Source of the DNA: a virus
Strand: one strand, 5' to 3'
DNA: 64,000 nucleotides
Virus record (IMG/VR): IMGVR_UViG_3300028393_000022
Below the pieces are notes generated by a model. The model did not search any database. It worked only from the letters and a program-made list of their open reading frames with translations, and was not told the origin of the DNA. This document shows positions 35,635 through 47,000 of the stretch, one piece after another (within the stretch, counting starts at the first letter, position 1; each line of letters opens with the position of its first letter). Made by a program: the position numbers and the translations under genes.

Positions 35635-37005
35635 ATGGCCAGCATTTTCACCTACACCATCATCAATAACGACCCTGTTCTTCCTGCGGTCCTTAATTAC
35701 ATAACGATTGCTACCAATCTTACTCAAATACAGCATCATTTACAGTTATCTGATTGGCCAAATTGGCAAATTCCATGGAGCTCTGCACCCTATGACGACT
35801 TTCAAGGCTCTTCCACTATTAGAACTAGCTCCAAACCTTATGTAGGGCTAGTAACAGATGTGATCAAAACCTACCAAGGTAACGTTGTTTCATCTGGCAT
35901 CTACTATATGAAATTGAGCAACAATACAGATATTTCAGCAGGGTATGCAGTATCTGGAGAAAATTTTACTGGTCCTACGGTAGTCGCTACCAGTGGCACT
36001 ACATGGGTTCAGCTGAGTACAGATCCGGTTCCGAGTATACCATTGGTAATTGGTTCGTCTAATATTACGTTCACACCTCCCGAACAATTGTTGATATTAG
36101 AAAACACGCTGGGTTTGTCAGCAGGCTGGACGGCATCTGGCAATGGATATTCTGGGCAAACAATCATTTCTGTTAAAAACGAAAGTATTTTGGTAATGAG
36201 TGGGCCTCCGAGCACTACTCCTACCGGAAGCATATTATTCACTTCTAATTTAGACCAAATGATCACTGTGACTCCGGGCGGAGGAACACAGGTATTTTCG
36301 ATGGACTACAACAATGTGACTTCGGCAATTGGGACCTACACTTCAGCAGTATCTTTACATTTTACGTTGGGCGGTAGTAGCGTAGTTAAAAATATCACTA
36401 ATTTATATGCAATTAATAGTGCCCCAGTTTTTGATGTGTATAATCCAAGCTATGATTGGGGTGGCACCGGCGGCGATGGCGGCCCTGGAGGAGGTTGTGG
36501 CACCGGCGGCGATGGCGGCAGTTGTGGTGCGGCAGTGTGTGTTACTGCTGGAACATTGATCAGAATGGGTGATGGTACATTAAAAGTTGTAGAAGATATA
36601 GTAGTAGGTGATACTGTACTCACTACAAATGGCATTTCTAATGTGGTAAAATTAAGAAGGTCAGTTCTGGAACATAGATGGATTTGGGTAATTAACGAAC
36701 ATCTCGAAATCACTGGCGATCATTTGATCAAGACCACGGCAGGATGGAAATGTGTTGAACCTGATTCTTATTTGAACCGCAAGGCCAATGGTCTTGCTCC
36801 ACATCAAGTGCAATATGACAAAATAAACATTGGTGATATTCTAATAACTGAAAATGGAACTGAAGAATTTACAACAATCCGAGCAAAGTATTTTAGTCCA
36901 ACGACAATTGTTTATACAATGTATGTAGACGGAATCTCCGAATATTTCGCTAGCAGTATCTGTATTGACGGAATGCTAATGCCAGTAGATTATAGAACTA
37001 ATTAA
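35635..37005 (+). CDS. Virion protein with Gly-rich linker and C-terminal Hint domain
   Basis: CVTAGTLIRMGDG (36538), VEDIVVGDTV, ITGDH, GDIL, VYTMYVDG. Confidence 0.8.
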   Translation: MASIFTYTIINNDPVLPAVLNYITIATNLTQIQHHLQLSDWPNWQIPWSSAPYDDFQGSSTIRTSSKPYVGLVTDVIKTYQGNVVSSGIYYMKLSNNTDISAGYAVSGENFTGPTVVATSGTTWVQLSTDPVPSIPLVIGSSNITFTPPEQLLILENTLGLSAGWTASGNGYSGQTIISVKNESILVMSGPPSTTPTGSILFTSNLDQMITVTPGGGTQVFSMDYNNVTSAIGTYTSAVSLHFTLGGSSVVKNITNLYAINSAPVFDVYNPSYDWGGTGGDGGPGGGCGTGGDGGSCGAAVCVTAGTLIRMGDGTLKVVEDIVVGDTVLTTNGISNVVKLRRSVLEHRWIWVINEHLEITGDHLIKTTAGWKCVEPDSYLNRKANGLAPHQVQYDKINIGDILITENGTEEFTTIRAKYFSPTTIVYTMYVDGISEYFASSICIDGMLMPVDYRTN

Positions 37006-37010
37006 CAATT

Positions 37011-38480
37011 ATGCCAGCATTAACAGAATTTGACGTAAACTTAACCATAGGTAGCAGTATCGGCTTTCGCCAAGTGGGCGGAGGAGCCTCGAACGGAGCA
37101 ATTATTGGACCGTACCCAATTGTTCAGACCCTTCGAGACCTAGAAGGCAATACATATCCGTTTATAGAAGCCAATAGCGCTATTTTAGATATCGATCCAT
37201 TAGATACTTTCTATATCTATCCAGGTGGAACAAGTGCTGTTCAGAATGTAGTTATCCACAATCGAGGCAACCTTGCCTTGGTAATTAATTCAGCTAGTGA
37301 CATTTCTTTTACTTCTGAAAGTGTAACTCCGAATCTATCAGCTACTTTTCCAATTAGCATTGCCCCATTGAGTTCTTCTACAGTTGCATTATCCTATAGC
37401 AGCAACGATATAGGCGAATATGTCAACTATTTTATAATCAATTCTAATCATTATTCTAGAAAATACAAGGTTATTACACGTCAAACAGTAAGTAATGACT
37501 CTAGGTTTACAGCAACACCTACGGTATTTTCTGTATCAACTACTGAAATAGGTAAATCTGAAACTGAAACAATACATCTTATTCCTATTACTAACGGTAT
37601 TGAAATTTTAGATTTTGCATTACCGTTTACTACTTCAATATCTGGAAGCGACGGATGGTCTGTGTCAACGGGATCTGATGCAATCAACACCATTTATCTA
37701 ACGTGGGACCCAAACCAAGTTAATAATATCAATGGCACATATAACTCTGTACTGACAATCACGGCGGAAACGGCCGCTCCTGTTTTAATTTACAATACTG
37801 CTGTGGTCAATATCGATTATACCAAATATAAAAACATTGCCACCTGGATAAGTCCAGCAGCTTATAATAACAGCATTATTGGTATAAGTCTTGACTATAT
37901 CAATAGCGTCAAGACCATTACAATTGGAGTTGGCGCAGGAGGTGATGGCACACCAGTATATGCTGACGGTGGCAATGAATTTGTCAGCCTAAGAAACATT
38001 GCTTTCGATGCAGGTCCATTAAAAACACCATACCCATACTGGGCAATTGGTTATAGAATTCCCTTAGAGTCTGTGGGGACATATCTAAGCGGACAGTTAG
38101 ATATCAATGGCTTACCTCTGTACGAAAAGAAAGTTACCGAAGGCCTTAACTATTCTGATTACTTTGGCTATGAACAAAGCCCTGGATACAGGTCTATGTT
38201 TATTGTAGATCACGATAGTGTGGGGAATATTACTGTAGAGATTAACAATTTGCGAGAATTATCCGGCGACCCTGCATTTGATGCTACATTAGAAAATTTA
38301 ACTAGAGCATTCCACTACTATTCAGACGTGGACAATACCATTAGATATTATCAATTAGGTGCCCCTGTTCAGGATGGTACGGTCGGTTATCTATTTAGAG
38401 GTTTTACTACGTCATACTCAACTGCTACATCCGCATGGAGCTGGTCCACCGAAGTGAGCCTGGTAAATTTACCAACTTAA
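37011..38480 (+). CDS. Probable virion structural protein (Ig-like segments)
   Basis: Ser/Thr-rich beta protein, NRGNLALVIN. Confidence 0.55.
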   Translation: MPALTEFDVNLTIGSSIGFRQVGGGASNGAIIGPYPIVQTLRDLEGNTYPFIEANSAILDIDPLDTFYIYPGGTSAVQNVVIHNRGNLALVINSASDISFTSESVTPNLSATFPISIAPLSSSTVALSYSSNDIGEYVNYFIINSNHYSRKYKVITRQTVSNDSRFTATPTVFSVSTTEIGKSETETIHLIPITNGIEILDFALPFTTSISGSDGWSVSTGSDAINTIYLTWDPNQVNNINGTYNSVLTITAETAAPVLIYNTAVVNIDYTKYKNIATWISPAAYNNSIIGISLDYINSVKTITIGVGAGGDGTPVYADGGNEFVSLRNIAFDAGPLKTPYPYWAIGYRIPLESVGTYLSGQLDINGLPLYEKKVTEGLNYSDYFGYEQSPGYRSMFIVDHDSVGNITVEINNLRELSGDPAFDATLENLTRAFHYYSDVDNTIRYYQLGAPVQDGTVGYLFRGFTTSYSTATSAWSWSTEVSLVNLPT

Positions 38481-38519
38481 TATATTCTTTACCATTCTGT
38501 ACTAAGATAATTAGTACAT

Positions 38520-40322
38520 ATGCTAGACGATATATATCAAATACCCTATGAAGAAGTAGCAGCCGTTGAATGGGATGGCAATAACATCTATTACGATGTA
38601 AATCTGTTTAATCTCAATAACGGCCACTCTCAATTCATTGCTTTTAATCCTTGGACACCACATACAGATGTTCGCCGTTTTATCGATGACATTCCCTATT
38701 CAGAAAAATGTGTGGTCTACACCTATGAAGGTGAATGGATCGCCAAATTATTCACTGATCGTTGGAATCCTGTAAAAGGATACGAAACAATAGAGATTAT
38801 TAAACCTAAACCCATTTGGACAAAGAATCCAGAAATAGACAAATTAATGCAGTTCGTTGATGATCCATTTGCCGTACATGAACTAGACAAATGGGAAAGA
38901 GATTATAAATTAGTTTGGTATATGGATCCTAAGTTTGTCCCCTCAGAAGATAAAGTTTGGGCAATGTCTGTTCAAATTGAAGGTAAGGAAATACTAGGTA
39001 CAAAGGACATGGGATACCTTACTCCAGATGTGTCTATAGACTTTAATGAACACTTACCTGACTTAGGAATTAACGTAGATGAATGTTGCCCACCGTTTTG
39101 GGATCTGTCTAATGAATGTGCATACGAATTAGATCCTATACATCAAACATCTGAGTTAACTGAACGTATGTGGGTTGTTAAGTTTAGACCAAACTGGCGT
39201 AAACCTAAGGAATGGAAATGGTACGGAGTAATAAGTCCCCAGTACCACATAATATATAATCCATTATTGCCTAAATTAGATTATAGTATAGATTATGTCG
39301 CACCTTGGTACGACCTTAAGTTTGAACATGTTTGGATGCTGGATAGAAAGCATTTGCAACACGGAGAAGATGATATATGGGCATTCACTATCCAGATTGC
39401 TGATGAACCAGAAGGCTCTAAGATAATTGATTACGTTAGTCCTAACATTAAACTAAAACACAATTCAAAACTTCCTAAAATATGCAATGATATAGACTAC
39501 GATATCCCTTGGTATGACTTTGAATTTGAACATGTTTGGTACCTAGATGACCCATCAGTCTCTCAAGATAATATTTGGATCTCTCGATATAGATTGACCG
39601 ACAACACAACAGGTGAAAAACAAGTTGGCACATTGACTCCTCTATGGGCAGATCAAATGGATGTTATTTTTATAAGTTATCACGAACTAAATGCAGAACA
39701 AAATTGGAAACGTGTTCTACAGAAAGCACCTGATGCTAAACGAGTCGATGGGGTTAAGGGTATATTTGAAGCACATAAGGCCGCAGCTAAGTTGGCAAAG
39801 ACTGATATGTTTTTTGTTGTAGACGGTGATGCTTATCTAATGTTTGATTGGAAATTTAATTTTCAACCAGGCATATTTGATAGAGATTGCACCTATGTTT
39901 GGAAAAGTAAAAATCCTGTAAACAACTTGACATACGGTTACGGAGGTGTTAAACTGTTTAATACGTCTAAGATGCGATCCCTTAAATCATGGGACACTGA
40001 TCTAACACAGAGCGTCGGTAAGAAATTAACGGTTATGGATAGTGTTAGCAATGTTACACAATTTAACACATCAGAGTACAACACTTGGAAAGCTGCCTTT
40101 AGAGAATGTGCAAAATTGTCTAAAAATAATGATGCTGAATCTAAAGAAAGATTAAGAGAATGGCTCGATCCAATCAAATTTGCCGACTTTGCAAAATGGG
40201 CAAAGCTGGGAGCAGAGCAAGGAGTAGCATTTGCTAATTCTAATGAAGACATTACTAAAGTAAACGACTACAACTGGCTAGAAAAAACTTTTAATAAATA
40301 TATTAAAGCTATAGATAATTAA
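38520..40322 (+). CDS. Glycosyltransferase-like protein with N-terminal Trp-rich repeats
   Basis: About 4 repeats PW(Y)D..(F)EHVWxLD; C-terminal DVIFISY, FFVVDGD, YGYGGVKLF, WKAAFRE. Confidence 0.7.
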   Translation: MLDDIYQIPYEEVAAVEWDGNNIYYDVNLFNLNNGHSQFIAFNPWTPHTDVRRFIDDIPYSEKCVVYTYEGEWIAKLFTDRWNPVKGYETIEIIKPKPIWTKNPEIDKLMQFVDDPFAVHELDKWERDYKLVWYMDPKFVPSEDKVWAMSVQIEGKEILGTKDMGYLTPDVSIDFNEHLPDLGINVDECCPPFWDLSNECAYELDPIHQTSELTERMWVVKFRPNWRKPKEWKWYGVISPQYHIIYNPLLPKLDYSIDYVAPWYDLKFEHVWMLDRKHLQHGEDDIWAFTIQIADEPEGSKIIDYVSPNIKLKHNSKLPKICNDIDYDIPWYDFEFEHVWYLDDPSVSQDNIWISRYRLTDNTTGEKQVGTLTPLWADQMDVIFISYHELNAEQNWKRVLQKAPDAKRVDGVKGIFEAHKAAAKLAKTDMFFVVDGDAYLMFDWKFNFQPGIFDRDCTYVWKSKNPVNNLTYGYGGVKLFNTSKMRSLKSWDTDLTQSVGKKLTVMDSVSNVTQFNTSEYNTWKAAFRECAKLSKNNDAESKERLREWLDPIKFADFAKWAKLGAEQGVAFANSNEDITKVNDYNWLEKTFNKYIKAIDN

Positions 40323-40329
40323 GTACAAA

Positions 40330-41784
40330 ATGGATCATCAAAAAATATTTCAAACAACAAAAGAACAGTTAGATGCAGTGAGTCCTACTTTCTGTGTTGC
40401 AAAATGGAACCAGCTCAGTCTCCACTTAGGAACAGGGTTGAATCATAGTTGTCATCATCCTGCCCCACACAAAATCTCTATTGACGAAATTAAAATAAAC
40501 CCTTCCGCCTTACATAATACATCTTATAAGAAAGAACAACGAAAATTAATGTTAGAAGGTAAACGTCCTAGTGAATGTGATTACTGTTGGCGAGCCGAGG
40601 ATGCAGTAATAAATGAAAATGAAAGCAACATTTTCAGCGAACGAATTACAAAAAGTGCAGATGCTTGGGCATTGCCTCATATAGACAAAATCAAGTCTCT
40701 GCCTTGGGATGCGGATGTTAATCCTACTTATTTAGAAGTTTCGTTTGACACTGCCTGCAATTTTAAATGTGCATACTGTAGTCCTGGTTATTCATCTACA
40801 TGGAAACAAGAGATAGAACAGTACGGTCCTTACAATCTACAAGATATAACCTTACACAGTTTAGATTATCTAAAAGAGACAGGCCAAATGCCGTTACCTA
40901 TAACAAAACCAAATCCATACATTGATGCATTCTGGAAATGGTGGCCCGATGTTGTAGGCGACTTGCATACTTTTAGAATCACAGGTGGCGAACCGTTGAT
41001 GAGTAAGCAGGTCTTTAGAGTGTTGGACTTCTTGATAGAGAACCCGCAACCGCAAATGGAATTTAGTATTAACTCTAATCTTGATGTTCCTAAAAATCTC
41101 ATCAATCAATTTATTGAGAAGATGCAGACTATTCAAGAAAAGAAAGCTGTTAAGAGTTTCAAATTGTTTACCAGTAACGAAGCACACGGGAAACAAGCAG
41201 AATACATTAGATTTGGATTAAATTACAATCGTTGGTTGGTAAATTGTCATAGGGTTTTAGCTGAAATTCCCGACAGTCATCTTACTGTAATGGCAGCTTA
41301 CAATATATTGAGCATGCCTAGTTTTAAATTACTAATGGATGATATACTAGACATGAAAAGAAAGTATACTTTACAACCTGTTAGAAAGAACCCTGTATCA
41401 TTAGACATACCCTATATTCGCTGGCCCGAATTCTTAGCACCATGGGTTGCGGATTCTAGATTCCTTCCTATGGTTGAAGATGCTGTTACTCATATGTTTC
41501 AAAACTTGCACCAATTGAATTGGCCTCCTTTATGTGGAAAAGGGTTCTTCGACTTTGAAGTAAACAGGATTGAAAGACTGTACTTTACTGTAAGAGATGA
41601 GATGATGCGTAGTCACAAGGATCCCAATGTGATTGGTCCTTTGCGGGCACAATTTGCAGAATATATCACTGAGTACGATCTTCGAAGAGGTACTAACTTC
41701 GTAGAAACATTTCCCGAACTAGCAGACTTCTATCAAGAAGCTAAAATGTACACTGTAAGATGGCAAACGAAAGGCCCTTTCTAA
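40330..41784 (+). CDS. Twitch-domain radical SAM protein
   Basis: FCVAKW...SCHH, ECDYCW, CNFKCAYC, TGGEP. Confidence 0.9.
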   Translation: MDHQKIFQTTKEQLDAVSPTFCVAKWNQLSLHLGTGLNHSCHHPAPHKISIDEIKINPSALHNTSYKKEQRKLMLEGKRPSECDYCWRAEDAVINENESNIFSERITKSADAWALPHIDKIKSLPWDADVNPTYLEVSFDTACNFKCAYCSPGYSSTWKQEIEQYGPYNLQDITLHSLDYLKETGQMPLPITKPNPYIDAFWKWWPDVVGDLHTFRITGGEPLMSKQVFRVLDFLIENPQPQMEFSINSNLDVPKNLINQFIEKMQTIQEKKAVKSFKLFTSNEAHGKQAEYIRFGLNYNRWLVNCHRVLAEIPDSHLTVMAAYNILSMPSFKLLMDDILDMKRKYTLQPVRKNPVSLDIPYIRWPEFLAPWVADSRFLPMVEDAVTHMFQNLHQLNWPPLCGKGFFDFEVNRIERLYFTVRDEMMRSHKDPNVIGPLRAQFAEYITEYDLRRGTNFVETFPELADFYQEAKMYTVRWQTKGPF

Positions 41785-41785
41785 T

Positions 41786-43216
41786 ATGAGCGAACACCTA
41801 ATACATTGGCGCAATGTACACCTGAATTCAATAAGCCCTAGCTTCTGTGCAGCTAAATGGTATAATGCCAGCATACACCTAGGTAGCGGTCAAACAACCA
41901 GTTGTCATCTACCGTTGCCACATCCCATTGATCTAGAACAGATTAAAACTAATCCATCTGCTATCCACAACACTGATCATAAAAAGCAGATGCGTAAAAT
42001 GATGTTGGAAGGAGCAAAGCCTGCAGAGTGTTCTTACTGTTGGAAGATAGAAGGCATTGGTAGAGATAATCCAAGTGATAGGATCTATAAAAGTGAAATC
42101 TACAAGAATGAAGACATACAACAATTAAGAGACCTACCTTGGGACGCTGACTCTATACTTAAAACATTAGAAATAAGTTTTGACAGACAATGTAATTTTG
42201 CCTGTAGTTATTGCAATGCCGGTTATAGTTCTACATGGTCAGAAGATCTAAAGAAGAACGGTGCCTATCAAAACTTTTCAGCACACGGCGGCGGCGGAGC
42301 ATACCAGTCAGACGGTAGCTGGTCTGAAACTAACGGACGTCATTTAGAAAACAATCCTTATATAGATGCTTTCTTTCAATGGTGGCCTGAATTATCACAG
42401 ACACTGCAAGAAATACGAATCACCGGCGGCGAAGCAACAGTGAGTCAGAACTTTTGGCGATTTGTAGATATACTGCATACCACCGACGCTAGTAATTTAA
42501 GATTTGCCGTTAACAGTAATTTAGGTATGAGTGATAAGGCTCTTGAAAAGCTGATAGGCATTACCAAGACATTACCAATTAAAGAATTTGATTTATATAC
42601 CAGTAATGAAAGCTTCGGAGCACACGCCGAGTATATTAGAGACGGTTTAGTATATAAACAATGGCGTGATAATCTTTCAACTTTTATAGAAAATGCCAAT
42701 TTTAGGGCAGTGACTATAATGATGACTATTAATAATCTTTGCCTGTTTAGTATAACGGAGTTCTTAGATGATATCATTGAGTTAAAATCAAAGTATGGAC
42801 ATCATAGGCCCAACTTGTCATTAAACATGTTAAGATGGCCGAGCTTTATGAGTCCTCTTGCTTTGCCGGATGAAGTCAAACGAGAATTACATGCTAAATT
42901 AAAAGTTTGGTATGATAAAAATAAAAACTCTAAACTATTTGTTGATGGCGAAATGGCACAGATTAAACGTCTACTCGACTACATAGAAGTGCTAGACAAG
43001 GGGCATGTGTTTATGCCCGATGATAAGAAGTCATTGCTTGTTGATTTTAAAAGTTTCTTTACACAATATGATCAAAGACGAAATAAGAACATACTAGAAA
43101 CTTTTCCAGAGATCGCTTCCTGGTATAATTCAATAGAACTGCCTAAGGTGTTTCCTATTATGGAACTGAATAAGCACGGAATATCTAACTATGAAACGGG
43201 TGTATATGAACCCTAA
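41786..43216 (+). CDS. Twitch-domain radical SAM protein (paralog)
   Basis: FCAAKW...SCH, ECSYCW, CNFACSYC, TGGEA. Confidence 0.9.
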   Translation: MSEHLIHWRNVHLNSISPSFCAAKWYNASIHLGSGQTTSCHLPLPHPIDLEQIKTNPSAIHNTDHKKQMRKMMLEGAKPAECSYCWKIEGIGRDNPSDRIYKSEIYKNEDIQQLRDLPWDADSILKTLEISFDRQCNFACSYCNAGYSSTWSEDLKKNGAYQNFSAHGGGGAYQSDGSWSETNGRHLENNPYIDAFFQWWPELSQTLQEIRITGGEATVSQNFWRFVDILHTTDASNLRFAVNSNLGMSDKALEKLIGITKTLPIKEFDLYTSNESFGAHAEYIRDGLVYKQWRDNLSTFIENANFRAVTIMMTINNLCLFSITEFLDDIIELKSKYGHHRPNLSLNMLRWPSFMSPLALPDEVKRELHAKLKVWYDKNKNSKLFVDGEMAQIKRLLDYIEVLDKGHVFMPDDKKSLLVDFKSFFTQYDQRRNKNILETFPEIASWYNSIELPKVFPIMELNKHGISNYETGVYEP

Positions 43217-43736
43217 AATAGCTGTATGCCTCTATGGATCGTCAAACAGTAATGTTCTTGGTATCCAGAATTATCTAAATGCACTAGGGTATGATATAAC
43301 CTACTTTGAACACTACGAAGATGACATATACAGAAGCCTCTGGGTATCAGCATTTAAAAAACGTCAGCAAGAATTAGACAAAAGACAAGAATTTGATATT
43401 TGTCTAGCAGTAGATTCTAGTAATAAGACACTCGAGTTGTTTGCAAGGCATAACAATCTATTGTTAAATATAAGTTCTTATAAAGATAATAAAATATATT
43501 TTGTTCGAGGATCCTTTGTTCAGGGTCAGGGCTCTACTAATGTATCTCCCCAGATATTCTTTTCAAACTCACTTACGTTTGATTTTGCCTGCAATTTTGG
43601 AACAGAATATAAAACTCTGCCAATAGATAGAAAACAGGGCGGTATTGGTACTGATTTTTATTATTTTTTAAAAACTTTAAAAATAAAAACCGAATGTATA
43701 AATTTTGAAAATACTGAATTATTTGAAATAATATGA
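43206..43736 (+). CDS. Degenerate GT-like protein
   Basis: KIAVCLYG N-terminus shared with neighbours. Confidence 0.5.
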   Translation: MNPKIAVCLYGSSNSNVLGIQNYLNALGYDITYFEHYEDDIYRSLWVSAFKKRQQELDKRQEFDICLAVDSSNKTLELFARHNNLLLNISSYKDNKIYFVRGSFVQGQGSTNVSPQIFFSNSLTFDFACNFGTEYKTLPIDRKQGGIGTDFYYFLKTLKIKTECINFENTELFEII

Positions 43737-44521
43737 GAATAGCAGTTTGTTTAAGTGGACAACCTAGGACAATAGAGGCCGCCATACCTAACATCTTGAA
43801 ATACTTTTCAGGAGAGCACGAATACGATTTCTTTTGCCATACCTGGGATTATAATACATATAAAAGAAGAAACAAAAATGCAGCTAATAATGAACAACCT
43901 GTGTATTGGGAAGGCGATGTACCTGTTGATCGTAATTGGTTGCATGAACAGGTAAAGCGATTTTCTCCTAAACACTATATTATTGATTCGGCAGAAGTAA
44001 TTGGTGCAGGATTCTCATGGGCATCTTTAACCTACTCTTTAATGATGGCTAATCATTTAAAAAAACGGTATGAAATTGAAAATAATTTTAGATATGATTT
44101 GGTTGTTAGAAGCAGGTACGATATAATATTTGAACCTACACATAATTTTTACGCAATCCCATTGGTTATGAAGCCTCAATATTTAGATATTGTATGTGTA
44201 CATGCAGGCAGAATGACCTACGAGTTTAATAGAGTAAATGTTTCTGATCAGTTTTTCTACGGATCGTCGACTGCTATGGATTTGATTTCAGATCTGTATA
44301 GAAAAATACAAAAACATCAAGTTAGACAAGACGACTATGATCTAATAGGACCTGGTGCATTTATATCAGATCATACCGAAGAACGAAATTTAAAAGTACA
44401 CACTGACTGGAGTAATATTCAGTCAACTGTTTTTAGACCAGAAGTTGCTGATATTGATTCTTTAACTCAACTTGGTTATCAACAGATAAACAATTATTCT
44501 CAAACTTTTTACAAATTATGA
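43733..44521 (+). CDS. Putative glycosyltransferase (IAVCLSGQPR type)
   Basis: IAVCLSGQPR, FFCHTW, YDLVVRSRYD, DQFFYG. Confidence 0.7.
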   Translation: MRIAVCLSGQPRTIEAAIPNILKYFSGEHEYDFFCHTWDYNTYKRRNKNAANNEQPVYWEGDVPVDRNWLHEQVKRFSPKHYIIDSAEVIGAGFSWASLTYSLMMANHLKKRYEIENNFRYDLVVRSRYDIIFEPTHNFYAIPLVMKPQYLDIVCVHAGRMTYEFNRVNVSDQFFYGSSTAMDLISDLYRKIQKHQVRQDDYDLIGPGAFISDHTEERNLKVHTDWSNIQSTVFRPEVADIDSLTQLGYQQINNYSQTFYKL

Positions 44522-45258
44522 TTAAATTTTTTTACGCTACAGGAGACTCTTTTGTATTTGGACACGAACTTGACGAAAATGGTTCAGAAGAAGATGTAAG
44601 TTTATTTGATTTTACTCAGTATAAAAGAAAACATTGTTATACCGGTATAATGTCCGATACATTGAGTATAGGAGATTATCAGAATACAGGATGTCCAGGT
44701 GGTTCTAATGAACGTGCATACAGGGTGTTAATATCTGATGTAACAAAAAAACTTAAAATATATAAACCTGAAGAAATATTTGTTAATGTAAGTCTAACAC
44801 ATACTACTCGTAGAGAATTCTGTTTTGGTATTGACCCCCCAGCATATTATATTCATATGAATGCGTTTGAACCCAACAAAAGGGCAAACCCTAAACACCA
44901 TCAACTATGGGAGATTCTTGTAAAAGAGTTTAATTACAATCACGGACATTTTACATTTGATATGATGATAGTGCTAGGGATACAAAATTTCTTAAGAATT
45001 AACAAAATACCTTATCTATTAACATCATCGATGGGAATAGAACACAGTATACAAGAAAGTATTATATCAACTGAATTATTAGATCAGTTGGTTAAAAATA
45101 GATATTATGTGTATCCTTCTTTTAGCAATTTTGCCAAAGCAAATGATTATAAAATAGGACCCATGCTCCACCCATTAGAAGAAGGTCATGCAGCCTGGGC
45201 AAGTCATTTACTAAATCATATTAACGAAAATAATTTATTGGATAATTCAGACTTATGA
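44518..45258 (+). CDS. SGNH-like protein
   Basis: GDSFVFG, GGSNER, HPLEEGH. Confidence 0.75.
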   Translation: MIKFFYATGDSFVFGHELDENGSEEDVSLFDFTQYKRKHCYTGIMSDTLSIGDYQNTGCPGGSNERAYRVLISDVTKKLKIYKPEEIFVNVSLTHTTRREFCFGIDPPAYYIHMNAFEPNKRANPKHHQLWEILVKEFNYNHGHFTFDMMIVLGIQNFLRINKIPYLLTSSMGIEHSIQESIISTELLDQLVKNRYYVYPSFSNFAKANDYKIGPMLHPLEEGHAAWASHLLNHINENNLLDNSDL

Positions 45259-47000
45259 AAATTGCAGTTTTAATAGCAGGAGAATATAGAGAATTTCCTG
45301 TTGCTCACAAATTCTGGACATTTTTAAAATGGGATAATGTTGATTCTTATTTCTCTACTTGGAATACAAGTAAAATGTTGTTGAAAGGCAAAGGGGAGAT
45401 AATGGAACAGATCTCTGAAGATAAAATTCTTAATTTTATTACACCTATATCAATCGACCTTGCTAGTTTAGATGACCCTCCACAAAATCAAATTTGTTAT
45501 CAGGGATATCTAATCAACCGATGGAAATCTGCAATCAACCTTATGAACAACTCAGGTATTCAATACGATCGAGTAATATTGTTAAGACCGGACGTTGCTT
45601 TAGATTACGACGAAGAATTTTTTAAAGAATGGCTTGCTAATATACCTAACGATGCTCATGACACACTTTATGCAATTACTGGGGGTAGGTTGGACGAATT
45701 ATTTCCATTAGACAAATATAGACAGATGAGTGATATGATATATGTAGGGACCCAACAAAGCATTTCAAAAATTCTAGACATAGAAATGGATATCTTCAAT
45801 ACTATTTATATGGTTGACACACATAGATACCTAGCAGATCAATTTGTAATAATATATAATAAAATTATGAATATGCCTGTACAATGGAGCATTGTGAGAA
45901 GCAACTGTAGATATCGGACTGATCTTGATTTTAACGGGGTTAAATTAAAATCTAAAGAATGGTGGGAACATCGTATGAAAATGTTTTTTCATTCGGGGCC
46001 AAACCGCTGGGGACAAGATTTACCTAAATCAGAGACTGACATAGTTGTGCGTACCAATCCTCCTGAAAATTTAACTAGTTATAATTTATGGAACAAATAT
46101 AATTTTGAGTTATTCCCAGAGAGGAATACCAGTCCCTTCTGGAAATCACCTGATGATCTGTATACATATAACAAAACAAAGGAGGATCGAGAAACAAAAT
46201 ATATAACATACGGTGAATATGATATTACATATGATTATAATTCTTATGGTTTTAGATCAAACAATTTCATTAAAGAATTTGAGCAAGCATACGATTATCC
46301 AACAATGTTGGTTAGTGGTTGTTCGTTTACAGAAGGAATAGGTCTTCCTGTAGATCACTTATGGCATACATTTTTAAAACACCGAATTCTTACAAAAATT
46401 AACAAAGGTCCTATAGCCGTATTCAATCTTGGTAAAGGAGGAATTAGTGCTATTTCCGCCATTAGAAATGTATATATTTCTATAGAACATATGGGTGCTA
46501 GACCTGATTTGGTTTATATCTTGTTACCCCCTGTGACCAGAAAAGAATTGGTATTTACAAATACAGACGGGACAGGAATTACTGCAGGATTTATGCCAGG
46601 CAACCCATTAACAGGTATGTTTTATGATAATGTTCTTGATTTTATGCAAAAAAATCTAGACCTAAGACAATCATATCATGAATATTACCAAATTCTTCTT
46701 TTTATAAAATATTATTTAAAATCTAAAAATATACCTTTCTTTTTTAGTTGTTGGAATGGAGACCTTCAGGGAGTTGACTATCCACCCGAACTCAACATTA
46801 ATTATATCCCTGGTATGATGCATTACTTTGAAAAGGATATTAATCCTGTTCTAAAGCCTTTTAAACAAAATAGGGCTAGAGATTGTGCCCACCCCGGACC
46901 AAACTCGCATTACGAGTTTGCCGAAAATGCGTTCAACCAATTATTAGAACGTCAAGAATTTTTGGATGTTTTAGAAAAATGGAAAAGCAATGACAGATAA
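45255..47000 (+). CDS. Fusion of GT-like domain and SGNH-like domain
   Basis: N: IAVLIAGEYR, STW, YDRVILLRPD; C: NSYGFRS, GCSFTEG, NLGKGG, DCAHPG. Confidence 0.75.
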   Translation: MKIAVLIAGEYREFPVAHKFWTFLKWDNVDSYFSTWNTSKMLLKGKGEIMEQISEDKILNFITPISIDLASLDDPPQNQICYQGYLINRWKSAINLMNNSGIQYDRVILLRPDVALDYDEEFFKEWLANIPNDAHDTLYAITGGRLDELFPLDKYRQMSDMIYVGTQQSISKILDIEMDIFNTIYMVDTHRYLADQFVIIYNKIMNMPVQWSIVRSNCRYRTDLDFNGVKLKSKEWWEHRMKMFFHSGPNRWGQDLPKSETDIVVRTNPPENLTSYNLWNKYNFELFPERNTSPFWKSPDDLYTYNKTKEDRETKYITYGEYDITYDYNSYGFRSNNFIKEFEQAYDYPTMLVSGCSFTEGIGLPVDHLWHTFLKHRILTKINKGPIAVFNLGKGGISAISAIRNVYISIEHMGARPDLVYILLPPVTRKELVFTNTDGTGITAGFMPGNPLTGMFYDNVLDFMQKNLDLRQSYHEYYQILLFIKYYLKSKNIPFFFSCWNGDLQGVDYPPELNINYIPGMMHYFEKDINPVLKPFKQNRARDCAHPGPNSHYEFAENAFNQLLERQEFLDVLEKWKSNDR

